The notes under the pieces: model-generated
What the model saw: only the letters and a program-made list of their open reading frames with translations
What the model was told of the DNA's origin: nothing
Databases searched by the model: none
NCBI GenBank assembly: GCA_000388065.2
Contig: KB932203.1
Length of the DNA: 36,493 bases
Source of the DNA: Fonticula alba ATCC 38817
Taxonomy: Eukaryota; Protista; Nucleariida
Direction: 5' to 3' (one strand)
Position numbers and translations under genes: made by a program
Shown: positions 1 to 11,211 of the stretch, one piece after another
How positions within the stretch are numbered: position 1 is the stretch's first letter
Layout of the letters: each line of letters opens with the position of its first letter

Positions 1-185
1 CCCCCCCCCGGCCGACGCCCCGTCCGGCTCATTCTGTGGGACCGAAAGGAGCCCCGGCTCCTGCGCTGGGGCCGGCGCGTGGCGATTGCCCGGGCACCCT
101 GCTCGGCCTCGCCACAGGGGTGAGGTGCCACCGCGGGGGCTGGGCTTCTGCTCCTGCGCCTGCGCCTGCGCCTCCCTCCTCCCCC

Positions 186-221
186 GGAGAAACCCACGGA
201 GAAACCCACGGAGAAACCCAC
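186..221. repeat. Perfect 12-nt tandem repeat x3 (GGAGAAACCCAC)
   Basis: Copies at 186-197, 198-209 and 210-221. Confidence 0.95.
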
Positions 222-509
222 GCAGGCACGCACGCACTCCCAGGGCCCGCGCCCAGCCCGTCTCGCCACTCGCACACGCGCACACGCACACGCACACACA
301 TAATCTACCCGAGATACCCTCCCAGCAGCAGGTATGCGCGTCGTCCCGCAGTTGCCCGGCAAGTTGAGGGCCTTCGCCCTTGGGCGCGCGCGCCGCGGAT
401 TTGGGGGCTCCAGACCCCTGGGGGCTGGAGGGGTATCCCCTCGCGGCGGGGGAAGGGGCCCAAATAGACTGCAAACATGCTGGACCGCCCCCCCCCCCCC
501 CCCCCCCCC

Positions 510-1441
510 NNNNNNNNNNNNNNNNNNNNNNNNNNNNNNNNNNNNNNNNNNNNNNNNNNNNNNNNNNNNNNNNNNNNNNNNNNNNNNNNNNNNNNNNNNN
601 NNNNNNNNNNNNNNNNNNNNNNNNNNNNNNNNNNNNNNNNNNNNNNNNNNNNNNNNNNNNNNNNNNNNNNNNNNNNNNNNNNNNNNNNNNNNNNNNNNNN
701 NNNNNNNNNNNNNNNNNNNNNNNNNNNNNNNNNNNNNNNNNNNNNNNNNNNNNNNNNNNNNNNNNNNNNNNNNNNNNNNNNNNNNNNNNNNNNNNNNNNN
801 NNNNNNNNNNNNNNNNNNNNNNNNNNNNNNNNNNNNNNNNNNNNNNNNNNNNNNNNNNNNNNNNNNNNNNNNNNNNNNNNNNNNNNNNNNNNNNNNNNNN
901 NNNNNNNNNNNNNNNNNNNNNNNNNNNNNNNNNNNNNNNNNNNNNNNNNNNNNNNNNNNNNNNNNNNNNNNNNNNNNNNNNNNNNNNNNNNNNNNNNNNN
1001 NNNNNNNNNNNNNNNNNNNNNNNNNNNNNNNNNNNNNNNNNNNNNNNNNNNNNNNNNNNNNNNNNNNNNNNNNNNNNNNNNNNNNNNNNNNNNNNNNNNN
1101 NNNNNNNNNNNNNNNNNNNNNNNNNNNNNNNNNNNNNNNNNNNNNNNNNNNNNNNNNNNNNNNNNNNNNNNNNNNNNNNNNNNNNNNNNNNNNNNNNNNN
1201 NNNNNNNNNNNNNNNNNNNNNNNNNNNNNNNNNNNNNNNNNNNNNNNNNNNNNNNNNNNNNNNNNNNNNNNNNNNNNNNNNNNNNNNNNNNNNNNNNNNN
1301 NNNNNNNNNNNNNNNNNNNNNNNNNNNNNNNNNNNNNNNNNNNNNNNNNNNNNNNNNNNNNNNNNNNNNNNNNNNNNNNNNNNNNNNNNNNNNNNNNNNN
1401 NNNNNNNNNNNNNNNNNNNNNNNNNNNNNNNNNNNNNNNNN
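510..1441. other. Assembly gap (N run); other gaps at 13382-13732, 24662-25290, 27716-27829, 29102-29501 and 30136-30145
   Basis: N characters, mostly abutting poly-C/G runs or microsatellites. Confidence 1.
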
Positions 1442-1582
1442 ACACCAAGTCTTCTCCATCACCCGCTATTCCGGCTCCCCCCTCCTGTTGCTCCCTCGTT
1501 TGCTCTCGCGTCGGGCCCGCGCTCCTTCCTGACGACCGCCCTGGTCTCCGGAGTCGTCCTCTTTCCCGTGCCCCCGCGACCC

Positions 1583-2918
1583 ATGTCCAAGGGAGATTCT
1601 CCCCCTGGCCGGGGGCGTGCTCTGCGCCCCCTGCTGCTGGCCGGGCTCCTCGCCCTGGCCTGTCTCGGTGCGCCCCTTCGCCCTCGGTGTGCCCCGGGCG
1701 CCGGCCGGCCGGCCCCCTCCGCGCCCGTGCTGACCTCCCCCATGTGCCTCCCTCCGTCGGGGCTTTCCCCCGCCCTGCGTCTCTCCCGCTGGCCCACACC
1801 TACTCCGATCCCTGGTGCATGCAGTCCACACCGCCAGGGCTGCCGGGAGCCTGACCGGCCTGACGCCCACAACGCTTCAGCTCCCGATATTGAACGTCAG
1901 CGAGGTCAGCACCTTGACTCCTACAACGCCAAAGTACAACCCGGCCGAGATCATCGTGGCCGCCATCCAAAACACCATCAACACGTCAAGCGAGACTTTC
2001 CCGGTGCAGACGCGCATCCTCTTTGGCGAGCTTGACACCCAGTCCCTTAATGTGCGATCAGCATCCCCGCCCGGCCCCGCCCCGCCCGGCCACCTCCCTC
2101 TTACCATGTCCTCCGTCCCCCCCCCCCCTCCCCTGCCCCGCAGACCAACTACTGCCCGACGGAGATCAACTACTACCACCCCATCCTGCAGTTTGCCACG
2201 GCCGAGGCCATCACCGATGCCGACCACATGGTCATGGCACACGGGAATGTCTGCTTCTTCAGCCCCACGACAACCATCAACCTCCCCACCCTCACCTACA
2301 ATACCCGGCCCAGTTCGACTGAGGCTACCTGCCTTTCACCGACCAGCCTCTACGAGCTGCATCGGCTGAACGTCGGTGCCAGTAGCCAAGTGGATGCCTA
2401 CTACCCGGGGCAGGGGTTCCTGCCGGTTCTCACTCAGCGCACCAACCTGTCCAAGCCGGTGTCCTTCTTCTTCGAGCTCCTCGGTCGCAGCACCATCCCC
2501 TCGCTGGCGGTGGATTCCTACCACCGGTATGGCGCGCCCAAGCCCTTGTTCTTTGCCACCGGCGTCCACTGCCCCGCGAACTCGAGCTGCCAGTTCCCCG
2601 GCTCCAGTGCCGCGCAGTGTGTTTGTGCCAATGACTATCGGCCATCCGCCGATCTCAAGCTTTGCGAGCGGATTTCCTGCCCGGCGAAGGAGGCCTTCAA
2701 CGCCAGCTGGCCACTCACCCTCGGCAATGCCCAGGCCACGGGCACCTGTAATGAGGGCTGGACCGGGCTGCCGACCCTGAAGTGCTCGGCCGACGGTGTC
2801 TGGGCCACCTCCCCGAGTGGCACTCCTTGCACACGTGCGTCCACATGTCCCCCGTGTGCCCTCCCTCCTTCCTTCCGCCGGGATCCATTTCCAGTCGTTT
2901 CCCTGACACACCATGCTT

Positions 2919-2954
<36 letters not shown>

Positions 2955-5505
2955 TTTGCCTCTCTCTCCCCCTCCCCCTCTCCCCCTCTCTCTCACACAC
3001 ACGCACATGTATCTCTCCTTCCTCGAAAATCCTCCAGGCCGTGTCTGTCCGGCTATCTATGAGAACTTCACCCAATTCCCGGCCACCGACTCCCTGGAGG
3101 TGGCCAACGGAGTGTGCGACGCGGCGGCCGGCTATGGTGGCACCATCCCCCGTCAGTGCAGGGCCGATGGAACGTGGGGTCCCATTGCCCCGGAGGACTC
3201 TTGTGGCCAGGTGGCCTGCTTCGCCGAGACCAGCCCCACCACCGGCATCCGCCACCCACAAACCCTCTTCGGCCAGGTGGCCACGGCCACTTGCCCCGCG
3301 GGCTTCGCTCCCGGGCTGGACCAAGTTCGCATCCAGTGCAGCTCATCCACGCGGAAGTTCGAGCTTCCCTACCTCAACGGTGCTGGCACCGCATATCCCT
3401 CCAACTCGTCGCCCTGCAAGCTGTCCCCCACCCCGTCGTCGCATTCGCTCTCCTCGCTCACGGCCAGCCACCGGAATTCCAACAGCATCACCCTGCGCTG
3501 GGGCCTGACCGTCGATCGGGTTGGCGACAATGTTGCCGTCATGACCGGGGCCTCGACTTCCTCCCTGTTCACGACCATCACCGGTGGCGAGTCGATCATC
3601 AGTGACAATTTCCGCATCGTCGGGCTTTCGCCGGTCCGGTCCTACAACTTCCGCGTGAGCATGGTCGACGACCCGGATGACTTTGTGCAGATGCAATTCA
3701 CCACCACGGTGGCCCCCCCGGGGCCGATCTCCCCGCCGGACTTCCCGACCGCCACCCGGGCACAGATCACCTGGGCCCCGGTCAGCTTCGCCAATGGCTA
3801 CCGCGTGAGTCTCGCCTCTCGGGGGACCTACGCCGAGCCGGCCTCGGGGGCTGCCCTCTTCGCGGACGATGAGTATGTCCTGGTCAAGGACACCACCGAC
3901 ACCACCATCATCCTGGACAATCTGATCGCCGGGGACTCGTATTCGGTGCGGGTGCAGGCCGGCGCCGGGTCCGACTGGGAGCCCGACGGCTCGGTGGTCA
4001 ACTTCGTCCAGAACTCCAATGTGGTCATGCCGACCGATCCGCCGACCGGGTCTTCGTCCAGCGGCTCCGGCCCGGTGGGGTCGCTGCCTGGCGACGGGTC
4101 GAGCTCCTCCCCGACCGATCCCTCCGGTCCGGGCTCCTCCCCCGGCGGGTCGGACTCTGGGTCTCCCTCCAACTCCGGCATCGGCAGCCATGATCCCGGC
4201 TCGTCGTCCATCGGTTCCTCCGGGTCCGATCCCAATCCCACCAAGGGCCGTAGCCTCCTGCCGATTGTCCTGCCAATTGTGCTGGTGCTGCTGCTGCTCG
4301 TGGTGGCTTTGGTGATCATTTGGTTCTTCTGGTACCGGCGTCGCCGGGGCGGCAAAAACAAGGCCGACGATGTGGACGCCGGCACCGGCGGCATGCCCCT
4401 GAGTCCCATGCACGGGGCCAGCATCCGCTCGGGCGGGTCCGGCTCGGTTGGCGGGTCGATCGGCGGCGGGTCGGCCGGCGGCGGGTCCTTCAATCACCGG
4501 TCCATGGCCGGGCGCGTGCGCACCGCCGATGCCACCGTGGTCAACACCCTGATGGATTTGTCGGTGCCCGGCTTCCTGGCACTGGATCTGACCCAGCAAA
4601 TCCGCCAGGACGAAGTCATCGGCACCGGCGGCCTGGGGACGGTCTACTGTGGCACGGTCCTGGACCGGGCCATTCAGGACCGGTACCATGTCGAGCGGGT
4701 GGCCATCAAGTATGTCCATCCGGATGAGAAGATCTCGGAGCAGGAGAATACCCAGCGCTTCCAGCAGGAGGTCAGCATCCTGTGGGCCCTGTCCTTCAAT
4801 GACTATGTCATCCAGCTGATTGGCTTCTCGGCCTCGCCGCCGGCCATCATCACGCCGCTCTATGACACGGATCTGTACCACCTGCTGCATGGGCACGACG
4901 GTGAGGCGGCCATCATCCAGCGCGGGACCACCCTGCCGCTGCTGCCCATCAACCAGGTGGCCTGGCTGGTGTATCGCGTGGCTCGTGGCCTGGCGTCCAT
5001 CCATGCGGTGGGTGTGGCCCACCGGGACATCAAGAGTGCCAATGTCCTGCTGAACCCCTCGCGCGAGCATGCCGGCTTCTATGACCCGGTCATCTGTGAC
5101 TTCGGTCTGGCCACCACCAGCGAGGAGGGCGTCAACCGGATGAAGGCCGTCGCCGGGCTGTCGCCTCGGTATGCCTCGCCGGAGACCTTCTCCCACAACC
5201 TCCTGTCCACGAACATCACCACTTCCATTTTCGAGGACCAGCAGGCCGACATCTATTCTTTCGGTGTGCTGCTGCACGAAATCTTCACCCGGTCCATCCC
5301 GTGGCTGGGCTTCACCAATGATGAGATCCAGTTCGAGGTCCGGTCCGGTAAGCGCCTCCCCGCGGTCGATGTGCTGGACTACAAGTCCCACCCGGCGGCA
5401 TTGGTCATCAAGCAGCAGATGGACGCCGCGCTGTTGGCCCGCGCGGCCAGCCGGCCCACCATCCAGGACATCATCGTTGCCTTTGCCAGCTTCAGCGAGG
5501 TGTGA
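1583..5505 (+). CDS. Single-pass receptor-like Ser/Thr kinase (TKL group), 1156 aa, 4 exons
   Basis: Exons 1583-1667, 1825-2051, 2144-2834 and 3038-5505, with GT-AG introns in phases 1, 0 and 1, total 3471 nt. Signal peptide ...LRPLLLAGLLALACLVHTARA. TM segment LLPIVLPIVLVLLLLVVALVIIWFFWY followed by RRRR. Kinase motifs: IGTGGLGTVY, VAIK, alphaC E (QQEVSIL), HRDIKSAN, DFG, YASPE, DIYSFG. HRDIKSAN rather than HRDLAARN argues against a Tyr kinase. Confidence 0.93.
2570..2665 (+). other. EGF-like domain in receptor ectodomain (5 of 6 canonical Cys visible)
   Basis: CPANSSC-x9-CVC-x12-C pattern. The usual first Cys is not present immediately upstream. Confidence 0.65.
2678..3417 (+). other. Three tandem 4-Cys HRM (hormone-receptor)/Sushi-like modules
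   Basis: Repeat 1 (2678-2830) is C-x22-C-x11-C-x14-C, repeat 2 (3046-3204) is C-x22-C-x13-C-x14-C and repeat 3 (3217-3417) is C-x24-C-x14-C-x25-C. Shared motifs are [W/F/H]PxT..(G)..A...C in all three and C.ADG.W in repeats 1-2. Confidence 0.7.
3430..4017 (+). other. Two fibronectin type III domains
   Basis: SITLRW...GLSPVRSYNFRV and AQITW...NGYRV...NLIAGDSYSVRVQA, both carrying the FN3 W / L-x-P/A-x-x-x-Y-x-x-R-V signature. Boundaries are approximate. Confidence 0.8.
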
Positions 5506-5932
5506 GCCTCACAACCGGCGCCGGGGGGAGGGGGGGGGGGCGGAGGCGGGCAGGAGGCGCAGCGAGTCTCCCTTGCTCCCGGGGAATCCCCTGTCTCCTC
5601 CTTCCTTTTCGCCTCCCCCTGTTTCCTCCTCCCTTTCAGTTTCCTCTGCCCTCGATTTCACCCGGCCTTTCCGCTCAGTTGATGCGATCCCTCCTGGGTG
5701 GCCCCCCCCTCCCTCTGCCTTCAGAAATACAAATACCCTCTCCTCCTTGCCCCTCTCCCTTTCTCCCTCTCTCTTCCTGCCTCTGTCTGATGCAACTTAT
5801 GACTACACGAGGACGATGCGTGGCTTTAATTGAGGCCCAGCTACTGCGACGCTCGGACGTCTGGTCCAGGCTCTCCGGACGCGTTAAACTACACGAAGGG
5901 CCCTCTCGCGCCCCTCTGTTCTCATCCTACCA

Positions 5933-5964
<32 letters not shown>

Positions 5965-7886
5965 CCCCCCCCCCCCCCGCGGGCGGGGGGGGGGGCGGCG
6001 GGGGCGCCCCGCCCCGCGGGGGGGCCCCTTCTCCCCCCCCCCCCCCCCCTGCCCTCCCGGGGGCCCGGGGGACGAGGCGGGGGGGGGTGGGGACACGAGG
6101 GGGGGGGGGGGGGGGGGGGGGGGGCGGGGGCGCGTTGCGCGCGGGGGGCGGAGGCGCAGCCCCCTCCCCCCCCCCCCTGGGTGCTTGTATGGGGCATCGT
6201 TGTGGCCGGTCCCGGTCGTGGCAGGTGACCGCACGACAAAGCCCCGGGCAGCCACCCTGGCGGGCGACCCCCTTCCAAGTGCGTGACATGGCCTCGCGGT
6301 GGCGAGAGCCTGGCATAAGCTGGAGGCTTGCCCTTTCCCCTGTGCCCCTTCCATCTCCCCTGCCTGCACTTGGGTGTGGTGCTCTGCGCCCCGATTGTGA
6401 TGGTGCTCTGGCGTGGGCGTTTCGCCCGGCGGAGGTGACTGCCCGAAGAGTCGACAATGGGGCAAAAGCGCGCCAGGGGGCATTTAAGATGCAAGCCCCA
6501 AATGCCCCGGTCCTTCCTGGAAGGTGTGGCTGCCCCCTGGGCGTTGGTGCTTTTTGGGGGCATGCGATCACCTCAAGAAGGGGGAGGGGGAGGCACGAGG
6601 AAGCAGCCCGAGGCGCATCTCACAGTGTGGCATGCAGCGACGACTTTACACGAGGGCATGCTGGATTGCATCTCCCCCCCCCCCCCCTCCCCCAAATGTG
6701 ACACACACGCGATGCCACCCAGAATCAAACAAAAACACGGTGGAGAGCCGGACACCCCGACACCCCGACACCCCGACACACACACACACACACACACGCG
6801 CGCGCGCACGCGCGCGCAAAGCCGGATGTGCTGGCCTGCAAAAACTCGGGTGTTTTTCTCTCTCGAGCCTAATGATTTGGTATTGGGAAATTTACATTTG
6901 CTGGTGTATATATAACTTTTCTTTCCCCTAATGATGAATATCGGGCGCAACAGGCGGAGGCGTCCATGTCGGCGAGTAGCAGGCGCGTGTGCATGCGCAT
7001 GTCTCAACAGTGCGGGGAGGGGGGGGGGAGGAGGGAGGGGCAGGAGGGGGCCCGGAGCCGAGGCAAGGAGCGACGGTAGGGGGCACTCACATGCGGCATA
7101 GGCGTTGGAAGTCCTGTGCGCGCCTGTGGGATCGGCGCCACTCGGCGAGCTCTCTGCCTTTCCCCCCCCCCCCCCCCCCCCCGCTCACTCACTCGCGCTC
7201 GACCTCTTTTCCTCTCTCTCTCTCTCTGTCTCTCTTTCTCTCTCTCTCCCTCATCCAGGCCCTTGTCCGCTGAGGGGCGAATAGCGGCGCGGAGGAGAGC
7301 GAGGGCACACAGCAGATGCGATGCGATGTGTGCGCGCATGTGCTTGTGTGTGTGTGTGTGGGTCCTCGTCCTGATTCTCCACACGAGGCGGAGAGCTTCG
7401 GAGGAGGAAACATGCGATTAACCGCATGGACTTTCTTCTTTTTTTCTTTTTTGTGCTTTTTCAGTTTTTGCTCGGCCCTTCACACGGCACGCACGCACGT
7501 CGCGCGTTTCCGCACCCAGACCCGGAAGACGGGGCCGGAAGGGCGGGGGAGGAGATGCACGGGCCGCATGCGAGACACACATGGGCTCGGGAGCCGGGCC
7601 TGGCACGAGGCCGAGCTTTTTCCCGGCGCATACGGAGGCGCACCACAGGTCGCGCGGGCGCAACACCTCTCACGACGAGCCGATGTGTACCGAGAAGGAG
7701 CGAGGCAGGGAGCGGAGGACGAGGAGGAAGAGAAGGAGGCGGCGGTGGCGGCGGGCAGAAGAGAGGCGCCAAGGAAAAGAGGTCACGGCAGGGGCCATCC
7801 GCCCGGCCTCGCATGCGCACACGCACACGCACACGCACAAAGTGCCGTGTGGCACACTCCCCGCGGGTGCCCTCTCTCTCTCTCTC

Positions 7887-8723
7887 TCAGTTGAAGACAC
7901 ACTCGCAGCAGTTGGTCACCTGGTTGCTGCCGGGGTTGGCGCAACGGCCGCCGGAAGTGCCGACCACCTGGCTCTTGCACCACTCAGTGCAGTTCTGGAT
8001 GTTGGTCCCGGTGAGGCAGTCCTTGCACCCGGCTGGAGAGGGCGCGCGCGCGCGCGCACACATACACACACACACGGAGGGCACCCACGGAGCCGGGGAA
8101 GCCCCGCGAGGGGAGAGGGGAAGGGCGGATGTTTTCGGTCAGGCGCGCTCGGCCAACATGGGGCATAGTGCCCTTCGCAGGAGCGGCGGGCCCCCACAAT
8201 TAAGCAGCCTGGTGTGTGCATATGCCCGTGCGTGCTTCGTGTGCAGCAAGTATGGACCAGAGAGGGCCGGGCGCGGGGGCGCGGGGGCGCGGGGGCGCGG
8301 GCAGGAGGCCCAGTGGAACGTACACTTCTCGAAGCAGTTGGTCAGGCAGTCGGCGCCGATCTGGTCGACGTCGCGGGCGAAGTAGTGCAGCTCGAAGCGC
8401 GGCTCATCCGGGCACCCGGCGCGGCAGGTCTTCCGGTTCTGGCTGTCATACTCGATGGTGCCGAGATCCTTGCAGCAGAAGGGGGTGCCATGGTGGGCAA
8501 TGCCGTGGCCGGCACCGACGGTGATGCCGGACTGGCGGCTGCCGCTGTCGATCAGGCAGGACTTACGGTTGACCACGAAGTTGGGCATGCTGGCGCGGGC
8601 GCTGAGACCCACACCGTCGTAGACGGTCCGGGTGTTGGACTGGACGAGGCCGATGTCGGCGGTGGCCAGCGAGATGAGGCTGGCCACCAGGACGACGAGG
8701 GTGAGGGACATCTTCTTGAACAT
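7887..8723 (-). CDS. Small secreted cysteine-rich protein, 181 aa, 2 exons, with C-terminal CS-alpha-beta (defensin-like) module
   Basis: Exon 1 is 8723-8324 (ATG in the context aaccATG) and exon 2 is 8032-7887 (TGA). The phase-1 intron runs GTACGT...CTCTCCAG. Signal peptide MFKKMSLTLVVLVASLISLATA, 15 Cys, strongly C/G-ending codons. Confidence 0.85.
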
Positions 8724-8751
8724 GGTTACGGGGGTCTGTGTGTGTGTGCGC

Positions 8752-8792
<41 letters not shown>

Positions 8793-8963
8793 TGTGTTCC
8801 GTGAGAAAGGAGCCGGAGTGGGGGGGGGGAGAGGAGGTGAGAAAAGCCGAGAAGGTATGGGAAAGGAGCGGGGGGGGGGGGGGGGGGGTAAGTCACAGAG
8901 GGGCCATAGCGCGGGGAGAAAAAATAGGACGCTTCGTTGTTTGCTCGCCGGAGGCAGGCCACC

Positions 8964-9006
<43 letters not shown>

Positions 9007-9421
9007 GGTGGGGCAGAATCGTCGCGGGCACACGCAGACACGACCATGACGCTCAGCCTGCTGAGGGACATGGCCTGTCTCTCGGCGACGCGGGATCGCC
9101 ACGGCAACGCACGATTGGGGGGCGTCCGGAGGGATGGATGAGACCGAAAGAGGAGGAGACGGAATGGGCGAAGGCAGGAGACGCGCGAGGAGGCAGGGGG
9201 GACGAATGCGAAAGTGCAGCTGCGGAGGGAGAAGAGAGGAGGCAAAGCAGTTCCAGGACCACGAAGAGAGCAGCCGGAGGATGTTCCCAATCAGAGAACT
9301 GGAGCGTGCGGGCAGCCCTCTTTAATGTCTCTCCCGTGGCTGCCCCGGCCGCTCCCTCCCCCGGCCGCGCGCCCCGCCTCGTCTGCTGGGCTGCTGGCCG
9401 CGGCCAGGGCACAAGGAGACG

Positions 9422-9427
<6 letters not shown>

Positions 9428-9516
<89 letters not shown>

Positions 9517-9536
9517 CCCCCCCCCCCCCCCCCCCC
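9428..9536. repeat. Poly-C tract (88 uninterrupted C, 9428-9515, then continuing)
   Basis: Read directly from the sequence. The exact length may be unreliable because of sequencing or gap-filling. Confidence 0.9.
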
Positions 9537-10973
9537 TCCGGCCCGGCCCCCGCCACTTCGGGCCGGCCGTGCGGCACACTTTGACACGCCGTGCCTTGCC
9601 CCCTGGGTCCGACTCCATTGGGGCTTACTGATCAGAGCCGGGAACCGCGGGCGGTTTGGCCGAGGATGGCGGTTCGGTCCAGGAAGACCACGAGCTGGTC
9701 CGGTTCGGTACGCCCCTGCTGGCGGGTGGGACCCAACTCCAAGGGGGTAGCGGTGTGGTGGCCCGGGTGGCGAACGACTGGCCCCGGGCGCCGGAGTCAG
9801 TCCGCCGCAGGCCCAGCACAGTGCTCCCCGGGGCCGGTGTGCATGCGTTCCCCCCCCCCCCCCCCCCCCCAGCCGCCCGCCCCCCGTGCCCCCGGGGCCT
9901 ATACCTGAGGAACATCCTTCCAGGGCCAGAGGCAGGGGGGGGGGGGGGAGGGCGGGGAACGTGCTCGCCGCATCGCTCCCCCTCCCGCCGCGCGCCTACC
10001 CCCGGGGGCGTGGGGAAACGCACGCTCGGGCGAGCTGGCCACGATGAACCGAAACCGCCCAGGCAGGCCGGTTTTGGCCCGCGAAAAACAAGCCCCAGCC
10101 AGTGCCCGGGCTCTTCCGGCGAGCGGCCTAGCTGAGGGCGGCCGGCGCGGTGGAGGTCCCCCGCCCCTCGTATGTGCCTGGGCATCCCAGTGGCCCTGGC
10201 CAGCTCCTGGGCGCCTGCCCCTCCACGAGCACGCCCCCATCGAGAAAGAGAGGGCCAAGGAGTGGGCGTGTTTGCGAGTCGGGATAGATGCCATCCACCG
10301 AGCCACCATACGCGCCTAGTCTCTGTTCGCATGACCGTCCTTCCAGGGACCACATAGGTCGCGTTGTTATGGACACTTCGGGGGCCCCGGCGCGCGGGGT
10401 GGCGCGGTCGGCCACCGCGCGCGCCGGATGCAGATCGTGACAAGTAGAATGATGTGTTTCGGTGGCGTCCAAACAATGGACCCGCAGGGTCCCCCCCCCC
10501 TGTCTTGCCCTTCGCCGGGGCGGCCACCTCTGGCAACATGCCGAAACCCTGGCCCAGTGCAGCGGGCAGGATAGACCAGGCCGTACAAATACTCTCTCTC
10601 ACACACACACATACACATCCGCAGGGCACGCATGTGCCGGGATTGCTTGCTCGCCACGCGCGCGCCTCATCATGCGCATACGGCGCATGCAAACGCCCGC
10701 AGCGCGACGCCCATGCAAAAAAAAAGAAGGGAAAACACGCCGCACCAGCGGGCATATTAATATCTCATCTAGGCCGGCACGATCGCGCCCGGTGATGCCA
10801 AGGCGACCGTCGGGGGCCAGTCTATTGCGTAAGCCCCGGCATATGGCCCATGCACCGAGAGGGGCGCTTGGCCGCCCCCGCCCGCCGCTTCCCCTCGCTG
10901 CACCGCGCCCGAGACCCGGTCCGCCGCGGGGCGCGAACTGGCCCAATGCCCCGGCGGCGTGTATGGCCGTGTG

Positions 10974-11013
<40 letters not shown>

Positions 11014-11152
11014 CGTGTGTGTGCGTGTGTGTGCGTGTGTATGTGCCCCGAACCGATCAGGCATGCCGCGGCTGATTGTGGGTGATTTCCTGGAGGCACA
11101 AACAGACCACGCTTGGCGCTATGCCCCCTCCCCCCCTTCAACCCTAAGGTTC

Positions 11153-11153
<1 letters not shown>

Positions 11154-11211
<58 letters not shown>

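Noticed and set aside
305-2035. Long ORFs spanning N gaps (also 12677-14539, 23426-25975 and 28864-29700)
   Set aside because: They are open only because N codons are translated as X.
3343-5391. 682-aa minus-strand ORF, and similar long ORFs such as 33357-35741, 31310-33547 and 30990-32957
   Set aside because: These are antisense or alternative-frame shadows of GC3-rich genes (receptor kinase, Nup98-96) and show no motifs of their own.
4510-5490. Calling the receptor a tyrosine kinase or Eph orthologue
   Set aside because: The catalytic loop is HRDIKSAN, the subdomain VIII motif is SPRYASPE rather than the P(I/V)(K/R)W type, and there is no SAM domain.
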